Shown: positions 60,129-64,000 of the stretch, one piece after another
Layout: every line of letters starts with the position of its first letter
Numbering within the stretch: position 1 is the stretch's first letter
Assembly: GCA_046351325.1 (NCBI GenBank)
Contig: JAXLYR010000002.1
Location: 816,334 to 880,333 of the forward strand
Length of the DNA stretch: 64,000 nt
Direction: 5' to 3'
Origin: Polyangiaceae bacterium
Lineage (GTDB): Bacteria > Myxococcota_A > Polyangia > Polyangiales > Polyangiaceae
Made by a program: the position numbers and the translations under genes
Notes under the pieces: generated by a model
What the model was told of the DNA's origin: nothing
The model's input: the letters and a program-made list of their open reading frames with translations, nothing else
Database searches by the model: none

Positions 60129-61436
60129 GTGCAGCCAACAGCCGCCCGCCTCGCGGGTCGTGTCTTCGTATTTGTTGTGACAATGCTGTCAGTGATTTGC
60201 GGGGCCTCGCTCTCCTCGAGCGTCGCGTGGGCCGCACCACTCGAGATCAAGGAGCCCGTCACCGACCAAGCAGGGGTCCTCGATGGACAGCAGCGTAAGG
60301 AGATCGAGAACGCGATCTCCAACCTGAAGGCCAAGACCAAGGTCGTGCTCGCGGTCGTCTTCGTGAAGACGACTGGCAAGGTGCCGATCGAGAAGTTCAC
60401 GCTCGAGCTCGCGCGCGCTTGGGGCGGCGGCTCGGCCGAGCGCGACGACGGCGCGGTCCTGCTCTTCGCCGTCGACGACAGGCACGTTCGCCTCGAGGTC
60501 GGCACTGGCATCGAGGCCTGGCTCCCCGACGCCGAGGCGAAGCGCATCCTCGACGAGTGCGCGCCCAGCCTGCGCGACAGCAAATACGACAAGGCCGTCA
60601 TCCACGTCGGCTTCGGCTTGGAGACGCGCTACGCCGAGTATTTCCGGCCAGCCCCAGCGACCAGGTCACCTCCGCGCACGACCCGAGAGAACGCGCCACG
60701 CACGCAGGAGAAGCCCGCGTGGCCCGTCCAGAGCCCCACGTACGACCACGATGAAGCCGCGCCCGCGCCGCTCGAGATCACGGTGCTCGCCTCGAGTGTG
60801 CTGACGTTCGCCGGCCTCGTCAGCGGGCTCCTCATCGGGCTCGCCTACCGCAACGCCCAGCGGCGCGCGATGACCCTCGACGGCGCGACCGAAGAGGCGA
60901 TCCTCGAGAAGATCCGCTCGAATCCTCTGCGCGATCCCGTCGTCCTCGTGGCCTTCGTCGGCGGTGCTCTCTTGCTCAGCGGCGGCGTCGTCGTGACGAC
61001 GGGGCAATTCGGTTTGTCGAACGCGACCATGGTCGGAGCGATCGGCGCAGGTGTCGCCGCGATGATGGTCGCCCTCATGATCATCCGTGAGTTCTCCAAC
61101 GCTCGGTTGGTCGTGGCGAGCGTGGTCTTGCTCGGTGCAGCGACGCTCCTGGCGGCGCTCAGCGCGTCCTCCGCGTTTCCGTTTGCAGCGTTTTTCATCC
61201 TGATGCTCGTCAGCGTGATTGCGTTCGGGGGCATTGCCGACAAATCGGGTCATGGTCGTAGCTACGGGTCGAGCTGGGCGAGTCACTCGAGCGGTTTCCA
61301 CTCCCATCACAGCCACCACTCGCACAGCTCGAGCTTCAGCCACTCGAGCTCATCGTCGTCGTCTTCGAGCAGCAGCTCTTGGTCGAGCGGCGGTGGTGGC
61401 AGCTTCGGCGGCGGCGGCGCGAGCTCCTCCTGGTGA
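60129..61436 (+). CDS. TPM-domain membrane protein (YgcG-like) with C-terminal Ser/His/Gly low-complexity tail
   Basis: Signal peptide. TPM domain (VTDQAGVLDGQQRKEIENAISNLKAKTKVVLAVVFVKTT...GAVLLFAVDDRHVRLEVGTG). Several TM helices. Tail HSHHSHHSHSSSFSHSSSSSSSSSSSSWSSGGGGSFGGGGASSSW. Confidence 0.7.
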   Translation: MQPTAARLAGRVFVFVVTMLSVICGASLSSSVAWAAPLEIKEPVTDQAGVLDGQQRKEIENAISNLKAKTKVVLAVVFVKTTGKVPIEKFTLELARAWGGGSAERDDGAVLLFAVDDRHVRLEVGTGIEAWLPDAEAKRILDECAPSLRDSKYDKAVIHVGFGLETRYAEYFRPAPATRSPPRTTRENAPRTQEKPAWPVQSPTYDHDEAAPAPLEITVLASSVLTFAGLVSGLLIGLAYRNAQRRAMTLDGATEEAILEKIRSNPLRDPVVLVAFVGGALLLSGGVVVTTGQFGLSNATMVGAIGAGVAAMMVALMIIREFSNARLVVASVVLLGAATLLAALSASSAFPFAAFFILMLVSVIAFGGIADKSGHGRSYGSSWASHSSGFHSHHSHHSHSSSFSHSSSSSSSSSSSSWSSGGGGSFGGGGASSSW

Positions 61437-61654
61437 AGCCCGCAACGCGCTCCGTGCCCCCCGATTCGCATCGACCATTGTTGGTTACACCCTCACTCGC
61501 TCGACTCGACGGCTCGTGCGCTCCGCGCTCGATCGGTGCTCGCTGTCTGCGGGCTGCGTTTCGCTGACGTAACTGTCAGCGGTTTCGCGCTCGGCTCCCC
61601 GCGCTGCGCGCGGCAAATCCCCGCGCGGCGCGCGCCTCCCAACTTCCCCGAGAA

Positions 61655-63175
61655 ATGTCCCGACGAGGGGACTACATTGGGCACGTGAAAGTCTGCCCCG
61701 ATTGCAAGCAGCTCTACCCCGACGAAGCCAGCTTCTGTTACGCGGAGGGCTCGAGCCTCGAGGCCCCCGCCGAGCCTCGGCTCGGCACGATCCTCGTCGG
61801 TCGCTACATCGTCGGAGATCTCCTCGGCCAGGGTCGCTTCGCCAAGGTCTACCGCGCCCAGGACGAGCTCTCGGGTCGCTTTTACGCTGCTAAAGTATTC
61901 CACGGGCCGCCTGGTGATCCACGCCTCAAGGAGATCCCGCGCCGCGCCTCGATGCAGGTCCGCCGCGTGCCGCACCCGAACCTCGTCGACATGGTCGACG
62001 ACGGCGAGACCGAAGACGGCGCGATGTTCGTCCTCATGGAGCTCTGCGACGGGCAGAAGCTCTCGGACGTGCTGAAGATCGGCAAGCTCTCGGTCAACAA
62101 GGCTCTTCGCCTCGCCGCGGACATCCTGCGCGGCCTCTCCCGAACGCACGACTTCGCCGTCGTTCATTGGGATCTCAAGCCTTCGAACGTCTTCATCCTC
62201 AAGTCCGGGATGGCCAAGCTCCGCAACTTCGGGCTCGTGCGCGCACTCGAGGGCACGTTCGGTCAGACCGCCAAGGACTACCCCTGGCTGACCACGCAGG
62301 CCTACCTCGCGCCCGAGCGCGCGGGCCCCTTCGGTGATCTCTACTCGGTCGGCGTCATCCTCTTCGAGGCCCTCACCGGCAAGCTGCCTTATCAAGCGGA
62401 CGACGCGGCCACGATGATCGCGAAGCACCGCGGCGACCCCGTCCCGTCGATCGCCGAGCGCGGCGTGAACGTCCCTCCGGCGTTCGACGCGCTCGTGCAA
62501 TCTCTGATGGCGAAGTCTCCGGCCGGCAGGCCCGTCAACGCGAACGCAGCCCTCGCGCAGGTCATGGAGATCGCCCGCTCGCTCTCGGTCGAGCTCCCCG
62601 AGCCTCCGATGAGCCCCGCCCCGATGAGCGCGACGCCCGTCTTCTCGGCCTCGCAGAAGGCCTGGGATCGGCGCATCGGGATCTTCGACGAGATGGTCAA
62701 GCGAGCTTTCCCATCGGGGCCGCCGCCGCACGTCAGCCGCTCGCTCGAGGACATGCGCGCCAAGATCAAAGAGATCAGCGAGCTCCGCGCGCGGCTCGCC
62801 GAGCACCAGCAGACCCTCGACACGATCGAGGCGAGCGGTCGTGAGTCCCTGCTCCGCATCGGCGAGGCCATGACCACCATCATGACGGAGGCCACCGGCA
62901 CGCTCTCTGAGGCGCGCGCCGCGCAAGGCGCGGTGTCCGAGGACCTCTCGGGGCGGCTCACGGATCTCGACTACCAGGTCAAAGACCTGCGCACAGCGCT
63001 CAACAACGAGATCACCGATCTCGACGAGCGGCGCGCAGAGTGGCGCACGAACATCAACAACGACGGCAAGAAGGTCGCGGAGTTGATGAGCGACGTCATG
63101 ACGACCGCGCCGCGGTTCTGCGCACCCCTTCGCGCGAACCCCGAGCTCGTGCCCCTCTTCGGCAAGCTGCTTTGA
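61655..63175 (+). CDS. Ser/Thr protein kinase with N-terminal zinc-ribbon and C-terminal coiled-coil region
   Basis: Zinc ribbon CPDCKQ...FCYAEG. Kinase motifs GQGRFAKVY, AAKVF, HWDLKPSNVFI, NFGLV, APE. Coiled C-terminus (ELRARLAEHQQTLDTIEASG...). Confidence 0.8.
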   Translation: MSRRGDYIGHVKVCPDCKQLYPDEASFCYAEGSSLEAPAEPRLGTILVGRYIVGDLLGQGRFAKVYRAQDELSGRFYAAKVFHGPPGDPRLKEIPRRASMQVRRVPHPNLVDMVDDGETEDGAMFVLMELCDGQKLSDVLKIGKLSVNKALRLAADILRGLSRTHDFAVVHWDLKPSNVFILKSGMAKLRNFGLVRALEGTFGQTAKDYPWLTTQAYLAPERAGPFGDLYSVGVILFEALTGKLPYQADDAATMIAKHRGDPVPSIAERGVNVPPAFDALVQSLMAKSPAGRPVNANAALAQVMEIARSLSVELPEPPMSPAPMSATPVFSASQKAWDRRIGIFDEMVKRAFPSGPPPHVSRSLEDMRAKIKEISELRARLAEHQQTLDTIEASGRESLLRIGEAMTTIMTEATGTLSEARAAQGAVSEDLSGRLTDLDYQVKDLRTALNNEITDLDERRAEWRTNINNDGKKVAELMSDVMTTAPRFCAPLRANPELVPLFGKLL

Positions 63176-63219
63176 TCCGCTGACCCAAGGCTCGAGGCCG
63201 GCGCTGTGTCGTAGGCCTC

Positions 63220-64000
63220 GTGCGACGACTCCAGCCCGTCCTCGCGCTCGCGGCCGCGCTCGTCGCGTGCGCGGGGCGCGCGCCCGCCGTCGTGGGTGAA
63301 AGCGCGGCGTCGCCCGCGAGAGCGGAGCGCGCAGCGCGGCCCACGCCGATCGCGCTGCGCGTCCCGTTCCGCGTCGCCGACGTCCCGGAGCTCTCGGCGA
63401 TGGCTGCCGGCGCACGCGAGGCCATCCGCGTCCAAGAGGTCGTGCCGGGCGCGCGCGAGGCGACAGCTCCTCTCGCGCTCGTCGAACGCATCGACATGGG
63501 GACGGGCTGCGCGCAGGCCTACTTCGCGCTGCTCGGTGATGACGCTCGCGTCCAGCCGATCGCGGACTCCGCGGGGCGCGCGCCCGCAGCGAAGGTCGCC
63601 GTCGCGCAGTTCCTCTCCGCCAGCACGTGGAGCGCCGAGCACCTCGACTTCTTCGAGGCGAGCGGCCCGCGCGAACCGCTGTCGTGCAGCGCGAGGGTCG
63701 AGCCGCGCCTCGAGGGCACGGCGACCGCGCTCGTGCCTGGCCTCGTGTACGCGTTTCGTCGACCGAGCGCGGACGCTCGCGTCGTTCGCCTCGCGGTCGT
63801 CGCGCCGCCGACGGTTTGGGCCACGACCACCGCCGAGCCACGCGCCGCGCGGAGCGGGCGCTTCACCGTGCTCGAGGCCGAGCTCCAGCGTGGCGCCGCG
63901 GCCTCCATGGCGCTCTCGATGACGAGCCTCGCGGCGGATCTCTGGCTCGGCAAATCGAGCCCACACTCCGCGGCCTGCGATCGGCTCGACTACGGCGACG
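63220..64000 (+). CDS. Probable lipoprotein (hypothetical). GTG start, 3' end beyond the window. It is missing from the ORF track.
   Basis: The frame from GTG 63220 (VRRLQPVLALAAALVACAGRAP..., lipobox LVAC) stays open with high GC3 to the window edge. The overlapping ORFs 63296..63922(+) and 62971..63966(-) are Arg/Ser-rich artefacts. Confidence 0.4.
   Translation, partial: MRRLQPVLALAAALVACAGRAPAVVGESAASPARAERAARPTPIALRVPFRVADVPELSAMAAGAREAIRVQEVVPGAREATAPLALVERIDMGTGCAQAYFALLGDDARVQPIADSAGRAPAAKVAVAQFLSASTWSAEHLDFFEASGPREPLSCSARVEPRLEGTATALVPGLVYAFRRPSADARVVRLAVVAPPTVWATTTAEPRAARSGRFTVLEAELQRGAAASMALSMTSLAADLWLGKSSPHSAACDRLDYGD

Noticed and set aside
61493-63841. 782-aa minus-strand ORF over the last kinase gene
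   Set aside because: It is an Arg/Pro/Gly-rich antisense artefact. The plus strand encodes a complete Hanks kinase.

Overview
This is a very GC-rich (about 70%) window. Gene content looks myxobacterial (Sorangium/Sandaracinus-like): many Hanks-type Ser/Thr kinases, sigma-54 activators, RCC1 and Cys-rich repeat lipoproteins. Genes are tightly packed, often with ATGA/GTGA start-stop overlaps. The high GC produces many long antisense ORFs in the six-frame track; I separated real genes by recognisable domains, GC3 codon bias and signal peptides.

Main content:
- A minus-strand chemosensory locus at ~9.9-22.1 kb: two RCC1 lipoproteins, CheW, MCP, CheR-like, a FrzE-like CheA-CheY hybrid, a triple-receiver class III nucleotidyl-cyclase response regulator, and CheB.
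- The 13.95-17.3 kb part of that locus cannot be read in one frame. I can see at least about 10 single-base frame changes inside conserved motifs.
- Two kinase + PEGA-like secreted-protein pairs, one behind an FHA/sigma-54 activator.
- An AcoR-like sigma-54 regulator divergent from an aldehyde dehydrogenase-DUF779 operon, with a -24/-12 promoter and an upstream palindrome.
- A 1431-aa kinase-like/STAND/TPR/GAF/sigma-54-activator fusion, divergent from Cys-rich repeat lipoprotein genes behind a sigma-54-like promoter.
- NhaP antiporter + TrkA; a histidine kinase/OmpR two-component pair next to a C-terminal J-domain protein; a GH25 lysozyme.
- A lower-GC C-5 sterol desaturase-like gene; a NUDIX hydrolase; tandem zinc-ribbon paralogs; a sigma-70-family factor with a zinc-finger anti-sigma-like kinase and a QEGLA/DUF1704 protein; a UshA-like 5'-nucleotidase; a divergent TPM-domain pair.

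I saw no rRNA, tRNA, CRISPR array, transposase or integrase.
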